DNA of 64,000 bases from Lytechinus pictus (Eukaryota): assembly GCF_037042905.1 (NCBI RefSeq), contig NC_087245.1, positions 37,016,001 to 37,080,000 on the forward strand, in the 5' to 3' direction. Shown in pieces: positions 37,006-49,070 of this stretch. Numbering within the stretch: the first letter of the stretch is position 1; the number at the start of each line of letters is the position of its first letter. The notes below the pieces were generated by a model, which saw nothing but the letters and a program-made list of their open reading frames with translations, did not search any database and had not been told where the DNA came from. The position numbers and the translations under genes are program-made.

Positions 37006-37988
37006 GAAGTAAACTGAAACATACAATAAACGAAGGTTTTCGCCTGCGGTAGACTCCTGATTAGACAGATAAATTATTACAAGAGCTATTTCAAACAAAC
37101 GTTTCGAGTTATGGAGGTTGTTACAGACAAACAGTGGTTTTAATGGGGTAAAACGTTTTTTTTTTTTAAAGGGAAACCTAAATTATAATCTGAGATGCAT
37201 CTGCTGACACCTTGATAATTTTCCATAAGAAAAAAAATAGGGAAGACGGGAAAGGAAAAAATACATTTGTTGATGAATGTCAGAATCGATTTACAAGCAT
37301 GTAGCAATACCTATGTAACAGCAATATCAGTGGCATAATGAGTCTTTAAAAATGAAGGGTCAGACATGATGTATGGGCAAAATTTAGAAAGGGACCTTTT
37401 TAATAGGAAACTTGTGATAGATTTGACATAATATTAAAAGAAATATCACATTTCGCCCGTTTCCTTTCATTTTCTTTCCTTTTCCTTTTTCTTAGCCCTG
37501 ATTTTTATTTGGGGGGAGAACAATAGCCACCCCCATTATATCATGGGTAATAATGAACTCGCAGAAGTGTTTCAGTTACCTTTTTTCCGTCTAGGAGGGG
37601 TTTGTTTTCCATTGTACTTCCTCCTTTTAGAGAGGTCAATTCCTATACGCAAGTCCCTTGTAATAGAAGCGATTGCTCTTGGGTGTTTTTATTCATCACA
37701 AAATTAAGGCCAGTTTCAATGTTATTCATTCATGTATGCCTACCATAATCATCTTAACATACTTCTTGATCTACATCGCTTTGGGTGTTTTTATTCATTA
37801 CGAAATTACGGCTATATATTATATTATCCTTCATTCATCTGTACCATATCATGTTAACATACTTAGGTCTTAGGCAAAATTTAATCCCTCTTTCATCATG
37901 TATAACAATTCCTTAAGGGGGTAATTTTCCTTTCGGTTCCAGCCACGAGGGGGTTACATGCGAACATTAAACTTGAAATACCCCTTCA

Positions 37989-38330
37989 TTAAAGGGGTCC
38001 TCCGGGCTGAAAATAACCATATCGAAATAAGAAGAGTAAAAGTCATTAAGTAGAACGCTGAAAATTTCATCAACATTGGATCGCAAATAACGAAGTCATT
38101 GAAATTCAATATTTAGCAATACTTTGTGAAAAGATTTATTTACAAGTCATATTGAATATTCATTAGGTAGGCTTATGATGTATGTCCCGACTATCCCTTA
38201 TAAATATGTTATTACATGAAATCATAATTATTTTCATACATGTGCGTATGATATGCATCTCCCTTATAATGAAGTTGCAGCAATGAATATCTAATGCATT
38301 AAATCAGTTGTAAATCCATTTTCAATTAAT
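37989..38330. mobile_element. Truncated TTAA/Kolobok-like MITE (family of 43063-43699 and 62066-62673)
   Basis: TTAAAGGGG..CCGGGCTGAAAAT start; internal homology to the fuller copies. Confidence 0.7.
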
Positions 38331-38731
38331 TTGTACTGTATTATAGTAACCTTTTCAGATTAACTGTCTGACACTTATATGACACGCATGTGTTGATAGT
38401 GTCGTTATTTTTTTATCAATCAATCAATCAATTAGTATATGGACAAAATATGAATTAAAAAAAAATAGTGAAAAAAAAAATCATGGGGCATTACTTTTAA
38501 GACGTACCCCCCCCCCCCCCAGGTGGATGCCTCTGAGGAAGGATAACGAATTTGAACAGTGATTGCAAAATTTCAAATACAATATTTAATGTACTATGAC
38601 TTGAAATGATTAGATTATTTTCCATTCATCTTTCAAAAATTGCAATTAAGAGAATGAATTTTCATCAGAATTTCCATTGACTTTCACTTTTACATCAATT
38701 AATTGAGTTTACAATGAAGATACATTTTCAA

Positions 38732-38884
38732 GAGAGCGTTTCGTCAACTTTTCCGTTTGACAAGTTGTCAGATCTGACAACTTTCCTTGATTTGGCTAAG
38801 AAGCACTGTTACTATGGTAACTGTCTGATAAAACAAGACTTGTCGGGTGAAACATCTGACAAGTCCTTTCATGAAACGCTCCCC
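38732..38884 (-). mobile_element. ~150-bp MITE (GAGCGTTTCRT..GAAACGCTCC)
   Basis: TIRs; homologous to 63027-63183 and 2236-2852. Confidence 0.75.
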
Positions 38885-40606
38885 ATATTTATGCAAAAGA
38901 AGAAAGCAGAAGTTCAACCAAAGAAAAGAAATAATTATACATACAAAAGAAAATGAGAGATTAAAGTCGATTCCACAAGCAATAAATTATGCTCTGTATA
39001 AAATTTATTGTAAAATTTACCAGGGTCCATATTGTTCATAAAAGCTAATAATTGTGTATGGCTTATGTAATAGTGATTACAAGACTGGCTTTTTCAAATT
39101 TTATTTATGGGACCTGAATTTTGATAAACCCCCAAGATTTGATATTTCTATCTAGACCGGTTTCCAAGTAATGAATTGAATTAACGCCCTCTATTTACTT
39201 CCTTTTTCACAGGAAGATTCTTTTGATTTTATAAATGAGGTCGAGCTCTAATATTTTGTAACACTTCAATTTGTGTATGCACCGTGCGGTTCCAACACAG
39301 GGGGCCTATGCATAAAACTTTTGCCATAAAAAAACTCTGGCAAACAAAATTATGCCATTGACATGCACACATTGAAATAATCTGGCAAAAAATAATAATC
39401 GCCAGAGTTTTTTCTTTCTTTTAAGCAACAGGCCCCCAGGTGGGGTTGCGGCTAATTATGATACTTATCATTCGTTTGACATTGTATCACCACAAACATT
39501 AGGATTGAGGCAGTTAAAAACATTGAACAAGCAAGTTTCCGTTTAGGAGCAAATAGCGTATATTTTAGCATCTACTTCGCAGACGTTTTTTAGAACGTTG
39601 AGAATTTTTACACTGAAAATGCCCGTCAAAACACAATGGACAGATCAGAGGCCATTGTCGAAAGGTTGGTTTACCGGGACAGCACATCGTCTTCAGATTC
39701 TTCCGACCGGACACACAATTGCAAAAAAACTATGTCCTTTGTCCAGAGTCGAGGACGACACTGCTTTTCGACAAAGGCTGCTTTGTTAGGACGAGCCTAA
39801 GAAAAAAAAAAGATTATCAGCATTATAATAAAAAGCGTCGCTGAAGTGATTGCTAAATTGCCCTACTTTCACAATACGTGTCACGATCTTTTCTGACCTA
39901 ATTAACATAGGCCCTGGTTTAAAGTTGTGGTTTAAGTATGGAAAGCCAATTGTTACATAAATCACTAACAATATAGGTATCATATTTCAGCTTAATTGGC
40001 TCTCAAATCATTCATAATAGTTTAGGAAGTATAAATGGATGATTGTCTTCACCATCGATGAATCAGGAAAGAGCACAGTAAACATAAGAAACTTACAACT
40101 CAATAAAGATTTTGACACTTTTGGCTTCCTATACTTAAACCCCAACTTTAAACCTGAGTTTAAGTTAAACCCGACTTCAGAATACGGGCGTTTATCACGA
40201 TATCCGCCAATTACAATTCATATTCAAGAAAAATTATTATTGCAATAACAACAAAAAAGGAAAAAAAATGTGTTGTCAAAACAAGTCTGTGATAGAACGG
40301 AGTCCCGAGACTCCCGAAAAATACTTTATAAACAAAACCTTGAAATAAAAGATACTCTTGGAAATATTCATCATTTCTGATCGTGGAAATTTCCGTAAAA
40401 TTCTGTAAACGCCCACGGAATATTGTGAACGAAGTATTCATCATCAAATAATGACTTGGCAACTTTACAATTCACAAAACCACATGTTATCAAAACATTG
40501 CTCATTTTCTACATCGAGTTTAGCCGTCCTTTGGATGACTTTAGTTTTATGCTTGCCCAATGCAGTGACCTTTTAAGATTAAAATACCATGTTTTCAAAA
40601 GGGGAC

Positions 40607-41660
40607 TATGAGGCGCCGATTGTACCAATATTATATAGAACAATTATTTTTTATATAATCATTATTTATTAAATGATAACTATTATTTATATATAATTTA
40701 CATTTTATTTGTAAATAATTACTATTATATAAAATAACATTTCTAATTATTTATATATAATTCCAAGTAATACTTCATTATTTGTAAATAATAATAGTTC
40801 GACATTCCATTATTTATAAATGATTATTTGTTTTTCATTATTTATAAATAATGATTATTTGTTTTTCATTATTTATAAATAATTTTTATTTGTTTTTCAT
40901 TATTTATAAATAATGATTATTTATAAATAATGAAAATAATGGCGCACTCGAAAAAATTATTTATAAATAATGAAGTAGACGTTTTCATTATTTAACAAAT
41001 AATCATTATTTATAAATAATGGGAAACTCAACAAATTATTTATAAATAAAGAAATGTGCACTGGCATTGTTAATAAATAATTATTTATAAATAATAGAAA
41101 ACTTATTTATAAATAATGGAAAAACGAATTGCAATTATTTATAAATAATGAAGTATGTAGTGTCATTATTTATAAATAATGAAAAACGAAAATCATTATT
41201 TATAAATAATAAAAGACAAATAATCATTATTTATAAATAATGAAAAACAAATAATCATTATTTATAAATAATAAAAAACAAATAATCATTATTTATAAAT
41301 AATGAAAAACAAATAATCATTATTTATAAATAATGAAAAACAGATAATCATTATTTATAAATAATGAAAAACAGATAATCATTATTTATAAATAATGAAA
41401 AACAAATAATCATTATTTATAAATAATGAAAAACAAATAATCATTATTTATAAATAATGGAATGTCGAACTATTATTATTTACAAATAATGAAGTATTAC
41501 TTGGAATTATATATAAATAATTAGAAATGTTATTTTATATAATAGTAATTATTTACAACTTTAATGTAAATTATATATAAATAATAGTTATTATTTAATA
41601 AATAATGATTATATAACAAATAATTGTTCTATATAATATTGGTACAATCGGCGCCTCATA
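40607..41660. mobile_element. Foldback-type element with ~300-bp TIRs and internal palindromic tandem repeats
   Basis: TATGAGGCGCCGATTGTACC... mirrored by ...GGTACAATCGGCGCCTCATA; GGGGAC on both flanks (40601-40606, 41661-41666); more than 20 ATTATTTATAAATAAT cores. Confidence 0.9.
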
Positions 41661-43062
41661 GGGGACAAGTCAGAATTAGGCACATAATTTCTCCCTATAC
41701 ACATATACCTTATTGCTCCTGAAATTATTGAAATCGAAAATTTCTTTCGTATTGAAAAGTAAAGAAATCCTCAATACTTAATTATAAAAAACGAGAAATC
41801 CTCACGTTGTTATTGTTTATGTTTGGAACGTGGCAAGGTTATTGACTATGACTATAAACCGCATGAAATTTATGATATTTTGACAGGAGCGGCACAAGAG
41901 TAATTTGATAAATGAGGGAAGGGGGCAAGCCCCACAAAATGACGTCATTGCCTTTAACCTTCGTATAAATTACAGCATTGCAAAATATATAGTCCTCAAT
42001 TAAAGAATTCCGTAATTTTACAACAAAGACATCCGATCGACCCATGTTTCGCTCCAAATTATAATACGGAATTTCAAGCGCTTCAAAAAATGACAATTTT
42101 AAATGTTTTGATACATTGTTATGTCTAGTTTAATACTTTCATAATGCTTTTATAAACATATTTGAATATTTTCAAGTTGTCAAAGTTACTTTTGGAGGCA
42201 AATCGATATGTTTGCTCTTCCCAATATTCCCGAGGCAATCACCCCCTGCCCCCCCCCCCCCTCCGGATCGACGCATCTTTCTACAACCCAGCCAAACATA
42301 TCCAATACTCTTTCCTATTCTTGTTTCTTCTTTTTTCTTCATTTCCCTCTTTTATTTCCTTTCCAATAGTTTAACTGTTTATCATTATTTTTTTAGGGGG
42401 AAAAAATCAAAGAGGGGGTGGTATCTTCCCCCGCCCCCTCCCTTTGAATCCGCCCCTATTTCCTTCGTCATCCAAATCAACAATTTCAGTGATATGATCT
42501 TTTCACTCTTATATTTATGTATACGTGTTGCGGTTTTTCATAGTACAGGAGGTTATTGCGGTGCGTGCATAACCCATATTTCCTATTAAATTTTTTTTTA
42601 ATCATTGGATCGAAAAATCGGAAGCTATTGCTCATTTCACACGCCGATCACTGAGACTTGGATTGCTTCTGGTTTTTAATCCATCTTTATTCATGATCGA
42701 TTAGAAGATTAGCTGTGACTCAGCAACTCGGTCGGTTAGATTTGGTTTTCTTTAAAGACAATTTAGGAATTGGATTCATCTTTTGATTTTGAAATTCTAC
42801 TTTGCAGGTAAGAAACTATATCATCTTATGTCATTTAAAGGAAATGATTAATCATCAATCATAATTGATCATCGATCAATTTGATTGTGCTTTTTTATAC
42901 CTTTACATTGGGGTATAATATCTCATTGGCGCTGCAATTTCCTTTTGCAAGTAATCGAATTGATATTATTGATAAAGTATTGCATATGATGTTGCATATC
43001 CTCTTCACCGAATATTTCATTTTAAAAGTTGAACTCTGTACCGACGCGTCACCGACTGTAAA

Positions 43063-43699
43063 TTAAAGGGATGCACCGGGCTGAAAATGTTTTATATCTA
43101 AATAAATAGATTAAAATTCACAAAGCAAAATGGTGAAAATATCATCAAAATCTGATAACAAATAGCGAAGTTATTGAATTTTAAAGTTCAGCAATATAAT
43201 GTGAAAACATTTATATGCATGTCGTCATGAATATTCATTAGATGCGCTGATCATGTCACATCCCCACTTTCCTTTTTGTTATGTTATCATATATGAAATC
43301 ATCTATTTTGTTTTCATTTTTTCATACATGTGTGAATGATAAGTCTCCCTTATAATGAAATAAGTTGCAGCAATTAATATCTAATGCACTTAATCAGTTG
43401 TTATTTAAATATTTTTGGTTCTTGAAGAAAAAAAACCTAATTTCATATGATAAAATACAAAAAACAAGTGGGGATATGACATAATCAGTTTGCTCATTGA
43501 ATATTCATGAAGAAATGCCTACTCGGCATGCCTACTAGCATGACTAGTAGAACTGTTTCACCGGAATAATGCAAATCTTTAAAATGCCATAACTTTGTTG
43601 TTCCCTGTCCGATTTTGATCAAATTTTCACCGTTTTGTTTTTCTGATTTTTCTTAATGTGTTCAAATAAAATTATCCTCATACTGGAGTATCCCTTTAA
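43063..43699. mobile_element. TTAA/Kolobok-like MITE
   Basis: TTAAAGGGATGCAC ... GGAGTATCCCTTTAA with long subterminal inverted arms. Confidence 0.8.
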
Positions 43700-46600
43700 C
43701 AAAACACAAACATTTGCATAGAAAAGAACTGACAGCATTTTACTTTCATAACATCACGAAAGACATTGTGCTATTTCATGTCAGTTTGCGCTCATCTACA
43801 AATTGAAACAGTCGTCTTTCATTTTGTTTTTCACGGATAATTTGTTTTCAATAGACAGTTACAGCAGTATAGAAAACGGCATGCAATTTGGGGGATATCA
43901 CAATTGCCAAACTAAAATAGATTGATAAAACATAAACAATGACATTATCCGTGATACTTCTGGTACTGTTTGTGTCATATTAATTGTTGAAAGTGATCTT
44001 TTTAAAAGTTTATTCTTCATTCTTGGCCTGCTTTTCTCTGCAGTAGGCCTATACGATCTTTTATCCCTTTTAACATTTTTGTTTACAACAACATCCGAGC
44101 TCGGCACCAGAGAAGGCGTTTTAGTTGATTTATTAACTTAGACTGTCAAGGTCTTTCAGAAGACACTGGTTTAGCCATCAACGATATTATAGTGATATTT
44201 AAACACTCGATGGACCAGTTGACCTTCTTGTGAGCACGTGGCAAAGGTCAAAGTTCATGATCTTGGACGTTGATCCTGGGCAAGTGAAGTGATTCATTAA
44301 ATCATCAAACCTGTCGTCGATTTGTTTGCATTGCAGTTCAGAGTACTTTCTCACATACTGGTCGCTTCATCTGGTTTCTATTTCAATTGTACGTAAAGAT
44401 GGGTGAAAAAATAGGCGCGTAAAAAACTTTTTTTTTGGAGATAATTACGAGAGAACGCCTTAATTAGTTTATTTTTACCTTGCTGACTCTCCCTTTAATT
44501 TCTTTCCTTTTCGTGATGTAATTTTGCAACGTTCATTTACAAGTCAATTCAAGTACACATGTTTTGTTCTTCCATTTGATAAAAAGTATATACAGATCAA
44601 TAATAAAAGTACAAATTACAATGAATATGCATACATCATTTATTTATTTAGCAAGGGTTATTGCCTCATCGCTAATATCCTATTTTCATCGTTTATCGAA
44701 TCATGTTATGTAGTAAATTATATGTTTTCCCATCTAAATTTTGGCGTGGTTTTCTGTACATACATATTCTATATTCTATATGAGACTTGTTTTTCTATTA
44801 TCATTCTTTAATCCTTTGTTTCGTCGAACTTTAACAAAATATACCCACCCCCTTCACATCGTATTCTTCTGTTCTGACGACTTAGATCATTTAAAATATT
44901 AATTATAAATTGTCTACATAGACAAAAATAACATGTGCTTTTACATATCTTTATATATCAATTCTCAGTTTATTGTAATCGTATCGTAAATATATAAAAT
45001 TGATTATATTTTTCTTGAAATTAGAATTTGAATTTGACTTTGATGTGAGGGTTTATGTTACAACTGCATGTCTTGAAATCACATGATATTCGTTGTTCGT
45101 TTAAAGTACTGGATTACCATTTCATGTACATCATTATACTGCAAATTCAGACCAAACACCTTCAGATAATTACCCAAATCATATATATAGCCCATATTGT
45201 ATGATCCATATAATAAGATCTAAAATCGGTCTGGTCTCTGGGAAAAAGCCATACAGAAATGTTCTGCACTGTGTAAGCATTTGACATCTCCATTTACACT
45301 TGATTTCAGACAGGTCTAGTGGCTTATATGCGAAATAAGATATAATATGGTATAGAATTATACTATATTCGGCCCCAAAAAAATATGTATAAATAAATGA
45401 ATAAATATTGTATGCTCTGTTATGAGTATATACTCCGCAATCGTATTCTGCAACTGGGATAACCCCTTTCAAGCTCCTTGTACATAGTTTTTTGTTTTTC
45501 CCCATATTTCTCTTATAATATTAATGTCATTAATTAAATTCCTAAATTTTTATTTTGTTTAAGTATCCATTTTTTATCTTGAGAAATAAATACAATTTAT
45601 CAATCAATCAATCAATCAAATATATATATATATACATATATAAATGAAGTGCATTTATAAATATATAAATTGATTAATTAATTAATTAATAGCTAAAGGA
45701 AAAATAGATAAAATAAATCAAAATAGAAATAAAATATTTTATATTTCTGACATTGTTATTCAGTGAATATTTTATTCATATAACTCATGTTGTCATTGTC
45801 TGCATTCAAATCATTTAAATATCTATTACTGTTATACCATTTTAAAGAGGAAAAAAGCAACCAAAAACAAAAATTTTGAAGAAAATTGAAGAAAAATATT
45901 TACTTCCTCTTATCTAAGTTTGAATAAGAAATGATTTTCCTCTTTCGCCCACATCACACCAATCCCCACCTCTCCTAGACCCCCCCCCCCCTCTCTCTCT
46001 CTCTCTCTTGCCTGCTTACTCAACAGGAAAAACTGACCATGAATTCAAAAATGGTATATTTATCTTACATTTACAGAAAAAAAAACACCCGCATGGCCTG
46101 ACACCCTGCCGTTAGCAATATTTATATAGCAATCATGATACGACTGCGATAGTCGGTCAATGAAAAGAGGGCTAGCTATTATACAATCCAGGCGAACGCA
46201 CCAGGACTATAGAATAGAGTGCTTCGTGGTATTTTATTTAATTCATATTTTTGTCTCAGATTTCATCATCACTAATAAATACACGGTCTGTGCAAAGGGT
46301 TAACCTGGCTTTAATATGATGATATATTTGGTACAGATCTTGCTATCCTTCGGCTTCCATCGGCGAGGGGGTCCCCTGAAGAAGAAGAACTCTTGAAGCA
46401 AGTCAGGGCTTCTGATTGTAGAAGGGCGGGAAACGGAAGAGGAAGGAAGGTAAGTCACGCTCAGTTCACCTGTAAAGAAAGTAGATTTAGAGCAAAGAAG
46501 TATAGGTAACAGTCACACCTAACGAGACCGGCTCCAAATCGAACGATGGTATGTCATTGGAAATAACGTAAGAGCTTTGATCGGTATTGAATCGGTTTCG

Positions 46601-48342
46601 TTGATGCGGGCGTTGATGTAACCGAAAAAGTACTGCAGGAGACAAAGATTATGATCGAATGAACTAGTGAACTACGAATCACTTTTAAAAAATATTTACG
46701 CCTGAATTTATTCCACTGATGCGCCCACCCACCCCCCCCCCCCCATTTGTAAACCATATAACTATTGGTATCTCTTCATCTCCTAGGTTCATGATAAAGT
46801 TGAAATAAGAGGAGAGTTTGTGTCAAATAGTTTTCTAAATTTTACAGATTCATTTTTGTTGTTGCAATTCAGTGCATCACGGATGAATAAAAAAAAAAGC
46901 CAGCTGGCTAATCATGATTCATATTAATGGATATTTATTTTCTTGAAATCGGTGACCAGGTATTTGCACACATATCATGAATGACAAGTTTCTGGTAAGT
47001 TTTTCGGATGTCAAGAACATAGGTCCTTTAAGAAGGTATACATGAAATTTGTACATATTGGTAAACATGCTTAGAAAAATGATGTCAATGAAAAATTACA
47101 TAATTCTTTGTTTGTATCTCGTATTTTCCATATTAAAAAAAAAAGACAAAATAATAATTAACCAGTGTTAGTGGTTACGAACTTCTGTGAAAATAAGCAA
47201 AATTATGAAACATCAATTTTTTTGTTGAGGGTGTTTCGCTCTTTAAGGTAGAGTTCTATGTATACCTGAGCACAGCCGTCATCAGAGTTCATAAACAGAG
47301 CTTCCTTATACGTGACATGTATAATGTAAAATTACATTGAAGGATCATTATATCAGGGCGTGTTTAAAAAAATGCAATAATAGGAATTCAATCTCGGAAG
47401 GCTTATCATAATTATTTGGAGGGCTGTTGCTTTTTAAAAGGTCGGTAAATTGCCATAGTCTTGTTGTATTGTCTAAGCCGATGTTTTACCCGTATTTTGA
47501 TGATAAGTCTTCATGCAAATATCATTGTACCCTATACCGTGGAAGTAGGTCCATGTCTATACATATTGCACTTTCCATTTCCTTTCAAAACCATTTTTGC
47601 CTTTCTAAGCAGAATTCGCAAACGGTTAGGATTTCCGGCAAGGGAATGTAATTGGCATAGATATTGACAAATGTTTGGTTTTAACCTGTTTTTCTTTTCC
47701 TTGTGATCACATTACCCCTGTAAGGTTCTGTCTGCGATTCCATGACATCGATTTACCAAATTGTATACTTTCTGATCATGCCGTAGTAGAACCAACTAGA
47801 CTATAATATGTAAACACGTGAAAGCCTGGTGTTCAATCCCAACAGTGTTTTTTTTAATCCTATAAAAACCTCAAATTAAGGGTATTTGTCCACGAAAAAA
47901 ATTGACAAGCAAAAAAAATATTTCACAAAGTTAATAACTTGTTCTTGAAAATGTTATTCACATCAAAATTTCAATAAACAAGATGTATTTGTCATGACGA
48001 ACTATTGCTTTTACCTACAATATAATATTCTATCCCCTTTCAAGTTTTTTCCACTTTAATTTTTACTTTCTTTTATTCTGGACTTTGAAAAAAACTTAAT
48101 GACATTCCAATGATTGAATTTTGAATTTTTGAATTTATCAACAAACTTCATTCACTTGACATGAACATTTTGTTTTACTTATACAATGATAACATATATA
48201 TATATATATATAGTATCGCAGTATAATTTGTTATGTTTAATTATTGGTTTGTTTGTTTGTTTGTACTTATTTCCATATAAAAATAGTAAAATATATACAT
48301 GTTCAAATTCAGCGGTATTAACAAAATACCACTATTCTTCCA

Positions 48343-48585
48343 CACTATAAAAAATATTGGGTAAAAATGCTCCATGAGGGTACATGTGTCCAACAAACAT
48401 TGGGCATTTCTTTTGGGGTATTTTTATTTATCCAGTGTGATGAAAATTTTGCCCATTCTAAAGTAATTGCTGCTTATTTTTTTAACCTTTCTGGACAATA
48501 CAATTCCCGCATCGGGTAAAATACTGCCCAAAATTGGTTGGACTCATAATTACTCTCGTGCTGGTTACATATATTTTTTACAGTG
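48343..48585. mobile_element. CACT-terminated MITE (EnSpm/CACTA-like), apparently inserted in a LINE 3'UTR
   Basis: TIR CACTATAAAAAATAT / ATATTTTTTACAGTG; CA on both flanks. Confidence 0.65.
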
Positions 48586-48599
48586 CATGGGGTCCTTTA

Positions 48600-49070
48600 A
48601 AATGTAAATACATGCATATTAAACAAATATATAACGTAATTACAAAAATATACACGAAACTTAATTGAATACATTACAAGAAAGAAAATACAAAGACAAT
48701 AACCCCAGCCCACCCACCCCTAAAAGATAATGCAACAACAGGCAAAAAACAATTATGGAAAACCGTCAATTGAATATTGGATTTAAAGGACTGAATCGTT
48801 GAACTAGACGACAAATGAAGTGGTAATTTGTTATAAGGTGTACCCCCCAAAAAATGTCCGTTTACAGCTAGTTGACTTTCGTTTTGGGAGACAAAGGTGA
48901 TTTTCTGTACGCAGAGAGTATGGGCATGTTTTGATTTCCGAGAAAATTTTGTTTTCATGTATTTTGGCGCATAATTATTCAAAACTTTAAACATCATTAT
49001 ACGCACATTATGTTCCCTTTGCCGAATATTTAAAATCTTCCATTTCAGTATATGAGATAATGTATGCAAA
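48600..49070 (-). pseudogene. Degenerate 3' end of a CR1/L2-clade LINE ORF2 plus 3'UTR
   Basis: Translation LKW..L..R..H...MMFKVLNNYAPKYM...YNKLP.HL....TIQSFKS matches the typical L2/CR1 ORF2 C-terminal pattern. Confidence 0.75.

Noticed and set aside
40915..41460. CRISPR-like array of palindromic repeats with spacers
   Set aside because: Eukaryotic context, no cas genes, repeats of only 16-18 bp and spacers of about 9-25 bp, and the whole array lies inside TIRs with a TSD.
48674..49069. 131-aa ORF as a host gene
   Set aside because: Decayed LINE ORF2 C-terminus with a non-ATG start and apparent frame disruption.
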